Assembly (NCBI RefSeq): GCF_009914755.1 | Contig: NC_060925.1 | Source of the DNA: the human T2T-CHM13v2.0 reference genome, Homo sapiens | Reading direction: 5' to 3' (one strand) | DNA length: 64,000 nucleotides | In this document: positions 40,757-53,922 of the stretch, piece after piece | Layout of the letters: every line of letters starts with the position of its first letter | Numbering within the stretch: position 1 is the stretch's first letter | Program-made: the position numbers and the translations under genes | Notes under the pieces: model-generated | The model's database searches: none | Told to the model about the DNA's origin: nothing | Seen by the model: the letters and a program-made list of their open reading frames with translations, nothing else

Positions 40757-40975
40757 GCACAGTGAATAAGAGCCTAAGTATTAGACAATTCTGGGTTCTA
40801 TACAAACTTTTCCACTTACCAGCTGGGTGACCTTGCACAAATTACTTACCCTCTCAGAGTTTCAACTTCATTTGTAAAATGGGAATATAATAACACTTAC
40901 CTCATAGGATGGTGGGAGAACTCTATGAAAACATAGGTATATAATGTCTGTTACATAGCAGGTGTAGCAAGATTA
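40757..40975 (+). mobile_element. MIR
   Basis: ccacttaccagctgggtgaccttgcacaaattacttaccctctc...tgtaaaatgggaata..cttacctcatagg. Confidence 0.88.
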
Positions 40976-41754
40976 CAAATTCACTCACACAATCCAATTG
41001 TGCAAAGAAAATGTACTCCTTTATTTCTCTATAACTGATTGAATTTTCTTCAAGATCCTCCAGCCCTGGGGTAGCAGGGAAACAAATGTGAACTTTAAAT
41101 GAGCCAATTAACAATATGTCAGTCTCCTTTTGGTTTAAAATAGTTCCTTTCAGGTAACTGCTCAGGCTTTCAGAATCCTCACGCTCAAGAGGGTCGATGG
41201 GTGAGTTTACTCTGTAGCCCAGAGGTGGCCCCAGAAGTCTTTGTGCAGGCCTCTGGCTGCTCTCGGAGTCCTCACTGGTCCTGCTGGGTTGTGTCCTTTT
41301 CCTGTACTGTTAGTGCTTGCCCATGTGGCAGCTGCTGCTGGAAACTTGAGAGCTCTTCTTTTCTCAGCTTGGAAATGGCTTGGTGGGCTTCTCTTTTGAG
41401 CCAGCTGGTGCTGTGTATCCTTCTGAGGCTTGGCTGTGACTACCACTTGCTCTCTGGCCTTGGCTGCCCTTGGCCACAGGGTCATTTTGCTCCCCCATGG
41501 TGACCACTCTGGCGAGCTGACTGTTCAGCAAGTCAGTTACTTTCTCGTTCCTCCTAAAGAGCATCCAGGAATTTCTGAGTATTTTCCATACAAGGATGGA
41601 GACTCCAGCAAACCAACTCAGGCCTGCTTTCAGCCTAATCATGACTTTGCTCTGATACGGCCACCACGTGTTGGGTGTGGGGGTGGGGACAGTACTCTGC
41701 AAGGTTTCTTCTCAGAGATTCAGAGAAGGACAAGGGCCTCTTTTCTTTTGGTTT

Positions 41755-42325
41755 TGTGGCAGACAGGCTCTAAGGTGATTCCTTATGATCCTCACATCCT
41801 GGTGCACATACCTTTGTATAATCCCCTCCTCTTGAGTTGTGGGGGTGGGACCTGTGATTGCTTCTAATCAATAAAATATAAAAAAATGGATACAGCATCA
41901 CTCTGGTGATTATGTTACATTATATAAAAAATTTCATCTTGCTAGCTGACTTGCAAGAGACTTTGCTTGCTGACTTGATGGAGTGGCCGTTTAGGGAAAG
42001 CCAATGTGGTGAGGAACTGTAGGTTTCGGTTACCCCTAGGAACTGTGGGTGGCCTCTAGGACCTGAAGACAGCCACCAGCCAGTAGGAAGCCAGGATCCC
42101 CAGTTTTACAACCACAAGGAAATGAAAACTACCAATAACCTGAGTGAACTTGGAGATGGATTCTTCTCCAGTCATGCCTCCAGATGAGAATGCAGCCCAG
42201 CTGCCATCTTGGTTGTAGTCTTGTGTGACCCTAAGCAGAGGATCCAGCTAATCCTGATCCACAGAAACTGTAAGATAATAAATGTCCATTGTTTTAAGCT
42301 GCTAAATAAGTTATGCAGCAATGAA
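41755..42325 (+). mobile_element. MLT1E-family LTR (E1/E2-like)
   Basis: tgtggcagacaggctctaaggtg..atgatcctcacatcctggt..taatcccctcctcttgag; gcctccagatgagaatgcagccc; aataaatgtccattgttttaagc. Confidence 0.85.
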
Positions 42326-42657
42326 CTTTGGCTGAGAGAGAGTCGGAGGCATGCATGTCCATTATTTCTCCTCCTCCAGCTCTTTTACACTTCTCACAAC
42401 CTGCTGGGGGGTAGAAGAGCACACTTGCATTTTCCTCCTTCAGTCTGATGGGAGGACCCCTCCTGCTGTCCCCAGTCACACACACATCATCACTTACTCC
42501 TGATGCCCAAAGTGGCATTTACTCACTCTGTTTCTTTGGGCTCAAAATGTGGAGTGGCTGCTGTGAGACATAATTTAGAAGAAGAGGTAATAAATACACA
42601 AAGAATTAATATTTTAAGAATATTATCCCCATTACAAAGATCATTATATTTAGTTTC

Positions 42658-43028
42658 TGTATTAGTCTGTTTTCACAGTGCTATACAGAACTACCTGAGA
42701 CTGGGTAATTTATAAGCAAAAGAGATTTAATTGACTTACAGTTCCACATGGCTGGGGAGGCCTCAGGAAACTTATAATCATGGCAGAAGGTGAAGGGAAA
42801 GCAAGGCATATCTTACATGGCAGCAGGAGAGAGAGAGAGAATGAGGCGGGGAACTGTCAAACACTTTTAAACCATGAGATCTCATGAGAACTCACTCATT
42901 ATCACGACAACAGCATGGGGAAAACCACCTCCATGACCCAATCACCTCACACCAGGTTGCTCCTTCGACTTGTGGGGATTACAGTTTGAGATGAGATTTG
43001 GGTGGGGACACAGAGCCAAATCATATCA
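42658..43028 (-). mobile_element. THE1D-like solo LTR with 5-bp TSD
   Basis: tgtattagtctgttttcac..gaactacctgagactgggtaatttata...ggggacacagagccaaatcatatca; TSD gtttc at 42653-42657 and 43029-43033. Confidence 0.93.
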
Positions 43029-43274
43029 GTTTCCTTCCCTTTAGATTCAATTGGTTGAGCCTCATTGTTTTCCCAGATCAGGAAGTTAACAAACCGTTTT
43101 TAACTCTAATTTTCTCTTTAGTTTTTCCCTATTTCAAACTTCTCCTGGCATAGGAAAGGCCATTAGGGCTGGGTGGCCCACCTCCTTAGAGACATAAATA
43201 GGGCTTGCTATAAATGCTTGGGGAGTCTGGTTTCCCATGGGGATGCTGATCCTGATAAGTAACTATCTAGTTAG

Positions 43275-43460
43275 GGTCCACGGAATACAGTCACAGATTA
43301 TTAGAACTGAAAGGAGAGCTATAAAGTCCAAATGCTATCATTTTATAGAAAAGGAAATCAAGGCCCAGGGAGGTAAAATGACTTGCAAAAAGTCACCATG
43401 TTGGTTATTCCAAAGCTGGAACAAAAATCTGAACATTCCAATTCACAGACCGTGCACCAG
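43275..43460 (-). mobile_element. MIR (MIR3/MIRc-like)
   Basis: tcattttatagaaaaggaaatcaaggcccagggaggtaaaatgacttgcaaaaagtcac. Confidence 0.7.
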
Positions 43461-44194
43461 TTATCTTAAGATATCATGTACAAACTGCAAATCGATATGT
43501 AGCAGAAAATTCTTTAATGAGGCACGCTTTGCCAGAGTGGATTATTTTTTAGATTCACTTTATTGAAACCTCTTCCTTTGCAAGAATTAAGTTTTTATCC
43601 TTTTCTGCTGATAAAAGAAAATCTTTCCAGGTAAAACCAAAGAATATCATCTTTCCTCTGACCTGCTAAAAGGTAATAACAGCTGTTAGGAATATGTCCC
43701 ATCAGGCCCCAGGGAGTGAGGTATGGGGCATTTACAAACTTTGGGTTGCATTTGGAATTGTCTGAATCTGGGCAGCCTGCTGACCTTGGTTGGAGACAGA
43801 CCTTTTAACTGTGCTTTTATGTATCATCACTTCTTCTCTGTATTCCTTTTTTCTCTCTTAAGAAGGGGAGTTAGTCTTTACTTTTTCCCCTTTCTGGCCT
43901 TTCAAGACAAAGCACTTGAAATATGAATATGATCTTTGTGGAAATTGGTGAGATTAAAAAAAAATTCTTCTATCATTTTGCAGAGATTTTTCTACCCCTG
44001 GAATTAGAAAATGGTTTGGGTCATAGAGAATGACCTTTTAAAAGCATGTTGTTATTTTATTCCTAATTCTCATAAGCGAGCTTCCTGCAGATGAGTAGCT
44101 TGAGACACTGCCACTGCTGCTTCATGTTACCGTTTCTCAGTCCTGACAGTCAGTTTACGATGTCAAGCATGGCACCACATTTCAGCTTTGTGAG

Positions 44195-44590
44195 AAATGC
44201 TGTAGTGTGGTGGGGAAGGACTCTAGTGATGGAGTTGAGCAGACCTCAGTTCAGAATCTGTGATTTGAGGCAAGTTACTTAACATCTTTAAGTCTGAGTT
44301 TCCTCACAGGTAAAGTGGAGAGATTAATAGTGCTTACCAGATATAGATGTTGCATACGTTAAATGAGATAAGAATATGGCACAGCTAGCACATGCCTGGC
44401 ACATAGTAGGTGTTGTCATAACATGCAGGACACTGTATTAGAATTACTGTACATGTTCATAATCCCAGCCACACTGAAAACTCAATCAGAGCAGAAACTA
44501 TGTCTGTCTCGGTGTAATCCCAACTCTCAGTTTAATGCTTACTGTATCACAGGTGTTTATATTTTTGTGAATTAACAAATAAATAAATGA
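44195..44590 (+). mobile_element. MIR followed by an L2 3' end
   Basis: gcaagttacttaacatctttaagtctgagtttcctca...tgcctggcacatagtaggtg; L2 tail to aattaacaaataaataaatga. Confidence 0.75.
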
Positions 44591-44644
44591 TCAAAAATTG
44601 ATAATTATTACTAGTGTTCCCCTTAACTTGAGTGGCACACCAGC

Positions 44645-44671
44645 AGATGACTCAGACTAGCTGAGTCATCT
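44645..44671. promoter_or_regulatory. Inverted pair of AP-1 sites (one ARE/NFE2-type) forming a perfect 11-bp-arm palindrome
   Basis: agatgactcag-actag-ctgagtcatct; the minus strand reads ATGACTCAGC at 44669-44660. The motif is certain, the function inferred. Confidence 0.55.
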
Positions 44672-45476
44672 CAGCAATACCTGGTTGCCTAAACGCATTC
44701 AAGCTTGCTCATACAGAGATGCAGGTACCAGTTGCTTCCAGGCTTCCTACCTTTGACATATTTAGTTCAGGTTTAGGAATTTGGAAAGGCATTTCTTCAT
44801 AATCTGGCATTGACTGGAGCTTACAGAAAATTCTCAGTCTGAAGTTTATAAACCAATATCTGAAGAACTAGAAAGGGCAAGTGTTACAATAATCTGGTTA
44901 GAAAAACAAAGTTTCTTCTAACTTAGTTCTTAAAATTCAAAACCCAATGTGAACCCCTCATGAGTTCAATAATTACCAAGGAAACTGAGGCTTTTAATGT
45001 TCCTGTTCCATTATAGATAATTTCCTTCTCATAGGAGACCTCTAACAGCAGTCAAGATGGAAATAAAAATAGTCTGAGGAGAGACAGTGGAAGAAATAAA
45101 AAAGGAACATAATATGGAGGAAAGATAGACCCCTAGGAGATGGAGAGTTTTGTAAACAAGCTTTCTCTACACAGAGGTTGGATATGCCTTTCTGTCTCCA
45201 GGGCCCAGCACAGAGCTTGGACGTGTGAGCTGCTCCACCCATATTCGTTGGGTGAAAGGTGCCTAGGAGATGGCGTGGCAGAGAAGGAAAATGTGCTGGA
45301 GTGGAAGAAACCAGAGCGAGAGAAGCTAACTTGCCGGAGTCCATTGCCTGGCCAAAGAGCAGAAAAAGGAAGACAAATGCTTGGAAGGAAAGAGGGAAGG
45401 ACAAAAAGCTGGACTGAGAAGTTCTACTTTCACTTTTTGTTGTTTTTGTTCCTTTATTTAAGAAAAGCAACAAGGG

Positions 45477-45807
45477 GGCCAGGCACAGTGGCTCACGCCT
45501 GTAATCCCAGCACTTTGGGAGACTGAGGTGGGTGGAACACCTGAGGCTAGGAGTTCGAGACTAGCCTGGCCAACATGGTGAAACCCCATCAGTATGAAAA
45601 ATACAAAGGTTAGCCAGGCATGGTGGTGCACACCTGTAGTTCCAGCTACTCAGGAGGCTGAGGCAAGAGAATCGCTTGAACCCAGGAGGTGGAGGTTGCA
45701 GTGCACCAAGATCGCGCCACTGTACTCCATCCAGGGCAACAGAGCAAGACTCCAAAAAAACAAACAAACAAAAAAAAAGCAAAAAAAAAAAAAAAGAAGA
45801 AGAACGA
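45477..45807 (+). mobile_element. Full-length AluSx-like element with 17-bp TSD
   Basis: ggccaggcacagtggctcacgcc...; TSD aagaaaagcaacaaggg at 45460-45476 and 45808-45824. Confidence 0.96.
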
Positions 45808-46802
45808 AAGAAAAGCAACAAGGGAGAAATGTCAAGAGAGTGCTAAAAGGAAGTGAAGGCAAATGTGGGAGATAAGAATTAATTCTTTGTTTCTCTTTTC
45901 TCTCTGAGAATGTTAGACCTCTGATCTAATTCTCCACTGCTTCCTGCTCTTTGTATCTGTTTTTATTATTCTCTCCCATTAAACCATAAGCAACTTGAGG
46001 GCAGACAATCAGTTTTACTCCTTTTATATCCACCACTGGACCTAAGTGGGTGCCTGGTTCATTTGATGCTTAATGAATTAAATTGGCAAGAACAGATGAT
46101 ACTTGTCAATGGATGTATCTATATAAAGAAACTCCACTTTTCCATGACAGTGGGACAATCAATTCTTTCTCCTCTCTCTGTCTCATGAGATATACACAAG
46201 AAACAGAAAATTGAAAATTATAGGGAATTTTTTTACAGTTCTACACATGATGTTGCTGGAATTCACTGGAATTTAATCAAAATAATATACTACAACATAT
46301 GTCAACTCAACTTCTGTGGTTGTTAAAGGAAAAGTTTATCTCCAAGTGAGACAAAGTGCATTTGGAAATATGCAGTGGTGTTTTATTATAATCTACTAGT
46401 TCTCATCTCAGTTAAGTCACTCCATGGAGTTGGGTAATCTACTTTCTTCCAGCTATAAAGTCTAATCTATTACAAGTCATTGAATGTTAGAAATAGGTCA
46501 AGTCATGTCCAGGAATATGGCTGGAACATTGGAAAAATAGAATACACAGGAGGTGAGCTGGAATGGGAGGATATGGAAAGAGAAATAAAATAAGGACACA
46601 TGGAGGACAGAAAAAAATAGGAGCCAAAAAGGATCCTTCAGTGGAGAATAATACAGCTTCATTTCTATTTCCTTTGATATTTATGATCGATCAAGCCTAC
46701 ATTTCTTCATACTGAGGAAGGAAGATGTGACTTAAGACAATAAAAGTTGCAAGTTGGCCTTTGAGTAATGGGAAAAGTATATCACATAATTCTGTGTGAG
46801 AC

Positions 46803-46945
46803 CAGTTCTTAGTTTTTTTCTGAGTCCATAGAATCACTTTAATAATCTGATGAAAGCTAATGAATCTTTCCCCCACAAAGTGCACAAACATCTAAAATTT
46901 GGCCTGTGATTTTATTTTGAAGGTTCACAGACTCCTGCAGCCCCT
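46803..46945. mobile_element. hAT-Charlie-type MER fragment (subfamily uncertain)
   Basis: aatctgatgaaagctaatgaatctttccccacaaagtgcaca...ggttcacagactcctg. Confidence 0.5.
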
Positions 46946-47997
46946 CAATTAATTCTGTGCAAGACTACTTCTGGTAGCTAAGTTTTCTGTGTCCCTTACA
47001 TCTTATATTGGAATTGAGCTTTCAGTTGCCGTTTACCCCAGAGAAGACAAGATACAAGTGCTCCCATCTGTGGGTAGGGGTTATCTGGTGTCTATGTTCT
47101 ACATTTTTGGTGCAAGCAGTTGGCCTTCCAGAAATGGGAATAGCTATAAATAGCAAATGTTTGGCTGAGACAATCTGAAGCAGTTTTCTCCAAATGCTCT
47201 GTGGACAACATGAATGAGGGAACCAAACCAGACACAAATGGTTTACGTAAGTCTGTCAAGGGCAACAAGGGGGTTAGTGGTAAAGGAAGGGGATGAAGAG
47301 GACACGCATGAGTGCATGATGCCTCAGAGCCAACATGTGGCAATGTTACTGGATGATGTGGCACATCTGTTTGCAAGCTGTGTATGCTTCAGAATTGAGC
47401 AAATAGGTGTAGCAAAAGGTCAAGAACAGCAAATAGAATCCATCTTCCTTACCAATTCCAGTAGTCTGTATTGCAGTCTGCTATATCAATTTCCCCCAGT
47501 GGATCAACTCTCCTGGTATTGACACCATTGTGTAACCACCTCCCCTTGAAGCTGGGCTGTTCCTCTGATTTGCTTTAACCAGTAGAAGGTGGAAGAAGTG
47601 GAGTTGTGCCAGTTCTGGCCTAAACCTTAAGAGGTCCTGGAAGTCTGCTTTCTGCTCTTGGGAGCCCTGAGCTGCCACAGAAGAAATCTGTTTGCTGTGC
47701 TACAGCGACCATGTGGAGAGGCCATGTGGAGAGGGAGGGAACCTGCGACTCCATGAAGGAGAACTGAAGATCCAGCCACCAATGAGAACTGAGGATCCAG
47801 ACACAGGACCACAGGCAAGTCATTCCAGCCACTGCCTAGCCCTTTGAGCCATCTCACCTGAAGCACCATCAGACATGTAAGTGAAGAAGCCATTTTGGAT
47901 GATCTAGTCCCAGCAGAAGACATGAGAAGAAGAGATGAGCAATCTCTGCTGCGCTCTATCGAATTCCCGACCGTGGTTGTTGTTTTAAGCTCATAGT

Positions 47998-49410
47998 TTA
48001 ATTTTTATATTTAAGTTCCAGAGTTCATGTGCAGGATGTGCAAGTTTGTTACATAGGTAAATGTGTGCCATGGTGGTTTGTTGCGCCTATCAATGCATCA
48101 CCTAGGAATTAAGCCCAGCATGCATTACCTATTTATCCTGATGCTCTCCCTCCCTCTCCCTCCTGACAGGCCCCAGTGTGTATTATTGTCCTCCCTATGT
48201 CCATGTCCATGCATTCTCATAGTTTAGCTCCCACTTATAAGTAAGAACATGCTGTGTTTGGTTTTCTATTCCTGTGTTAGTTTGCTGAGGATAATGGCTT
48301 CCAGCTCCATCCATGTCCTTGCAAAGGACATGATCTCATTCCTTTTTATGGCTGCATAGTATTCCATGGTATGTATACACTACATTTTCTTTATCTAATC
48401 TATCATTGATGGACATTTGGGTTGATTGCATGTCTTTGCTATTGTGAATAGTGCTGCAATAAACATATGCGTGCATGCATCTTTGTAGTAGAATGATTTA
48501 TATTCCTTTGGGTATATACCCAGTAACGGGATTGCTGGGTTACGTAGTATTTCCGGTTCTAGATCTTTGAGGAATCGCCATACTGTCTTCCACAATGGTT
48601 GAATTAATTTACATTCCCACCAACAGTGTAACCTCACCAGCATCTGTTGTTTCTTGACTTTGTAATAATCGACATTCTGACTGATGTGAGATGGTATCTC
48701 ATTGTGGGTTTGATTAGCATTTCTCTAATGATCAGTGATGTTAAGCTTTTTTTATATGTTTGTTGGCTACATGAATGTCTTCTTTTGAGAAGTGCCATTC
48801 ATGTCCTTTGCCCACTTTTTAATGGGTTTTTTTTTTGTAAATTTGTTTAAGTTCTTTGTAGATTCTGGATATTAGACCTTTGTCAGATAGATAGATTGCA
48901 AGAATTTTCTCCCACTCTGTAGGTTGCCTGTTTGCTCTGGTGATAGTTTCTTTTGCTGTGCAGAAGCTCTTTAGTTTAATTAGATCTCATTTGTCAATTT
49001 TAGCTTTGTTACAATTGCTTTTGGCAATTTTGTCATAAAATCTTTTCCCATGTCTATGTCCTGAATGGTATTGCCTAGATTTTCTTCTAGGGTTTTTATA
49101 GTTTTACATTTAAGTCTTTAATCTATCTTGAGTTAATTTTTGTATAAGGTGTAAGGAAGGAGTCCCATTTCAATTTTCTGCATATAGCTAGCCAGTTCTT
49201 CCAGCATCATTTATTAAATAAGGAATCCTTTCTCCGTTGCTTGTTTTTTGTCAGGTTTGTCGAGGATCAGATGGTTGTAGATGTGTGGTCTTGTTTCTGA
49301 GTTCTCTATTCTGTTCCATGGGTCTATGTGTCTGTTTTTGTACCAGTACCATGATGTTTTGGTTATCATAGCCTTGTAGTATAGTTTGGAGTCCAGTAGC
49401 ATGATGCCTC
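47998..49410 (-). mobile_element. 5'-truncated L1PA (PA7/8-like), ~1.4 kb
   Basis: ORF2 remnants [22 protein letters not shown].. and [22 protein letters not shown]..; degenerate TSD ttaagctcatagttt / ttaagctactaagttt. Confidence 0.95.
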
Positions 49411-51351
49411 CTTAAGCTACTAAGTTTTTAATGGTAATGGACTACTAAAACAGTAACTTTTACCTAGAAGTGGGTCACTGCTGTAATAAAAACCTAAATC
49501 TGTGGCACTGGTTTTGGGACCAGGCAATGAGTGAAATTCAGAAGGTTTTTGAGGAGATTGCTCACAGAAACTAAAATGACTGTAGGAGAACTGTGTTGGA
49601 GGCTGGAGAAAAAGTTGATTCTAATTATGAAATGGTGGTTAGTGGCAATGCAATAATATAAAATGTATGTCTAATGAACTTGTGGATTTTCCTGAGATTA
49701 TCAGGCAGAATGTTGAAAGGGCATGTGATAGCTTTTAATTGTGCCTGATAAAGTACAGAGATAAAAAAAAGAGATGAATGAAAGAAGGGACTGTTCAGTT
49801 TTCAAGAAGAAAGAAGCAACATTCCTAATCCAGGATTTGCTGCGTTACAAAATAAAACAGTTCTCATTCTCAGCCTCCCCAGCCTACAAAATATTCTCAA
49901 AGTAAATAAAAACCTGGGGGAAGAGATTAATTCCATGTCACTGCTAGGAAAACATGGCCTTGGAGGTCTAGATCAGATCAAGGTTTTGGCTGTAAGACCT
50001 GTTGTGGAAACCTCAATAAGATTTAAGTTTGAGTCTTATCAATCCTCCGAGATAGACAGTAGGATTTTAAGACTCTTGGAGGACTGTTTCCTATACTCCC
50101 TCTGCTAGAAAAACATAATTTCTAAGAGTATAATAGCATTTGTTTTCACAGCACCCTTATTTTCAGCCAAAGGTAGAAAGGGTCTTATTTTTGAAAGATT
50201 TATGAGTGTGAAATGTTTTTAATGGATTGCAGGATACTTTTATATATAGTAAGCCTAAAAAATTAAATGAATTATTTCAGCTTGGATTAAAAGGGACAGA
50301 TAAAATGAAAAGAAGTCTCTGAGGACCTAACTTCCTATGGTCAAGAAGGTTGAAAAAGCTACTTAGTTGTAATCATAAAGCATTTCTAATGAAAAAGAAT
50401 GACTCAGAGAGGATGAAGCCAAGAGCTCAGGGGGCAGACACAATAGCCATTGTTGTAACAAAAGCCATTCTGCTCTCAGCGGGCAAAACTGAACCTTACT
50501 CCAGGAACACTCCCTGACTTTGGAATTGGAGGATTTCAAAATTGCAATGGACCAGTGCTTTTATATATCTTTTATACCCCTCTTCCATTTATGAATGGAA
50601 ATGTCTATTGCAGTTATTCTATCTCTTTCTCACTGTTGTGCATTGCATGTGTGGGGAGCACAGAACTTATCTTTTTAGTTCACAGTCCTTGTACTTGAGA
50701 AACCATACCTGAGTAGCTGCGTAAATGGGGCCACACATTAAGAGTACCATCTATAATTATGCCTGAGATTTAGCTAATAAGATTTTAGACTTTGAGCTAG
50801 TGCTAAAAGGATGGGGCTTTTAGGGGATCTCGGGTAGGAGAGAGAGTATATTTTGCACTTGAGAAGAATGTGAATTTCTCTGGTCAGAGAGCAGATTGTG
50901 GTAGCTCTCAAAAGTTGTCTCTTAACAATTCCTCTTCTCAGTATGCACAAGCTGCTCTTCACATCGAGAGGTGGAGATTATTTCTCTTCCTCTTGAATCT
51001 GGACTGCAGTTGTGACTCACTTTCATCAGAAGAATGTGGTGGAAGTGAAGTCTGGGACTGGCAGCTTCCACTTTCTCTCCCTTGAAGTCTAGCCATCATG
51101 CTGTGATAAGCCCAAGTGAAACAGGGAGACCAGGTGGAGAAGAACTGAGGCTCTCCAGTGGACAGCTCAGATTAAGCTCCCAACCAAAAGCCAGCATCAA
51201 CTATCAGCCATGTGAGTGAACCATCTTGGACACTGTAGCCTAGCTGACCCCCCAGATATCTGCAGCCCAGGTGTCATTACATGGTGTAGAAAAACCATCT
51301 AGCTGATTCCAGTCAACCCCTTGGATTGTGAGAGATAATAAAATGGTTGCT

Positions 51352-51440
51352 ATGGCACATGTATACATATGTAACAAACCTGCACGATGTGCACATATAC
51401 CCTAGAACTTAAAGTATAATAAAAAATAAAAATAAAAATA
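51352..51440 (+). mobile_element. Tiny young L1PA (PA3-5-like) 3' end with A-tail and TSD
   Basis: atggcacatgtatacatatgtaacaaacctgcacgatgtgcacatataccctagaacttaaagtataat plus A-tail; TSD ataaaatggtt at 51338-51348 and 51440-51450. Confidence 0.92.
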
Positions 51441-52084
51441 TAAAATGGTTAGTTTAAGTCACTAGATTTTTGGGATGGTTTGTTATGCCACAAGGATAAG
51501 TCAAACAGGTTGGTGGTGGCTTCTTGGAACACTGTATTGAGAAAGACTTTTAGGCAATACCCAAGATTAGTGGGAAATGTGCTATGACTGATTACCAATC
51601 TCTTTATAGAGGCAAGAAGGGAGAGTATAGTCCTATATAAAATGGTAACAGAATGACAAAATTACAATTTATGCTATCTCAGTAGAGCTCAGGAGTAGCT
51701 GTTGGCAGTTTTTTGTAAGAAAGTTGTGATTTAGAATCAAAATAATTAAAGATCCTGGCTTTTGATTAGCACTAAACGCTTCTATTTTCCAACGTTTGAA
51801 TTTGTTAATTTCTGAAGAACTTTAACCCAGGAGAACAGACAGAAACTCCATGAAAGTTAGACCAAGTGAGACCTCAAAGATAACTACTAGGATTCATCCA
51901 TTGCTGTTTTCTCCCTTCTCTCTTTCCTTCCAAACTCAGGGCTGCAAACAGTTATGGAGGGTCCCTGGAACAGTAAGCATCCCTGTAGACTAGTCTACAT
52001 TTTCCTGCAGATGTCTAAACCCAAACCCTGCAAATTGTAATATAGAGGTGCTAAGTATGTCTGTGAAAACCCCACTTGCCTACT

Positions 52085-52260
52085 CACTCACTCATTCATT
52101 TTAATTTATGTACAGTTATGTTATGTACAGTATTCTCTGTGCCAAATATCTCTCTAAGGACTGGGGAAAGAGAAATAAACATGGCATAGGTTCTAAGCAA
52201 AGCATCGTCCCTATCTTCAGGAAGCTCATGTTCTAGTGTGGGAAACAGAAAACTAAACCA
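52085..52260 (-). mobile_element. L2 3' fragment
   Basis: cactcactcattcatt...tctgtgccaaat..ctaaggactgggga...gtccctatcttcaggaagctcatgttctagt. Confidence 0.75.
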
Positions 52261-52765
52261 ATCTGGAATTATGACAGGATAAGATCAATACAGCAACAAC
52301 AGAGGTACGCGTTATAAGAGTAACTGGCATTTATTGTGTACTTATCTAAATCTTTTAACATTTTAAATTAGTTTTAATTATTTTTATGACAGCTTTATTG
52401 AAATATAATTCACATACCATAAAATTCACCCCTTTAATGTGTATAATTCAGTGTTTTTAGTGTACTCACAGAGTTGGGCAACCATCACCACTATTTAATT
52501 CCAGAACATTTTCATCACCTATCTATCAGCAGTCACTCCCTATTTCTCCTGTCTTCCTGTACTTGACAATCACCAGTCTACTTTCTGTCTTTATGGATTT
52601 GCCTGTTTGAAACATTTCATGTAAATGGAATCATTTATGTCTGTGTCTGATTTATTTTACTTAGCATGTTTTCAAGATTCATCCATGTTGTAGTATGTAT
52701 TGGTACTTATAATATTCCATTGTATGGATATGCCATGTTTTGTTTCTTTGTCCATTGATGGGCAT

Positions 52766-53922
<1,157 letters not shown>

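Larger units (their letters stand above)
47490..51507 (+). mobile_element. Two-LTR ERVL-MaLR element (MLT1G/H LTR - MLT1-int - MLT1H LTR)
   Basis: 5' LTR 47490-47995 plus 49411-49452; internal region opens with tacctagaagtgggtcactgctgtaataaaaacctaaa..tgtggcactggttttggga; closes with tattttgcacttgagaagaatgtgaattt..ggtcagagagcagat before the 3' LTR tgtggtag (50897-51507). Confidence 0.8.

Noticed and set aside
48395-49402. Reverse-transcriptase-associated ORFs (also 52960-53505, 17610-17801, 18386-18580)
   Set aside because: Frameshifted C-terminal remnants of L1 ORF2 in 5'-truncated dead copies
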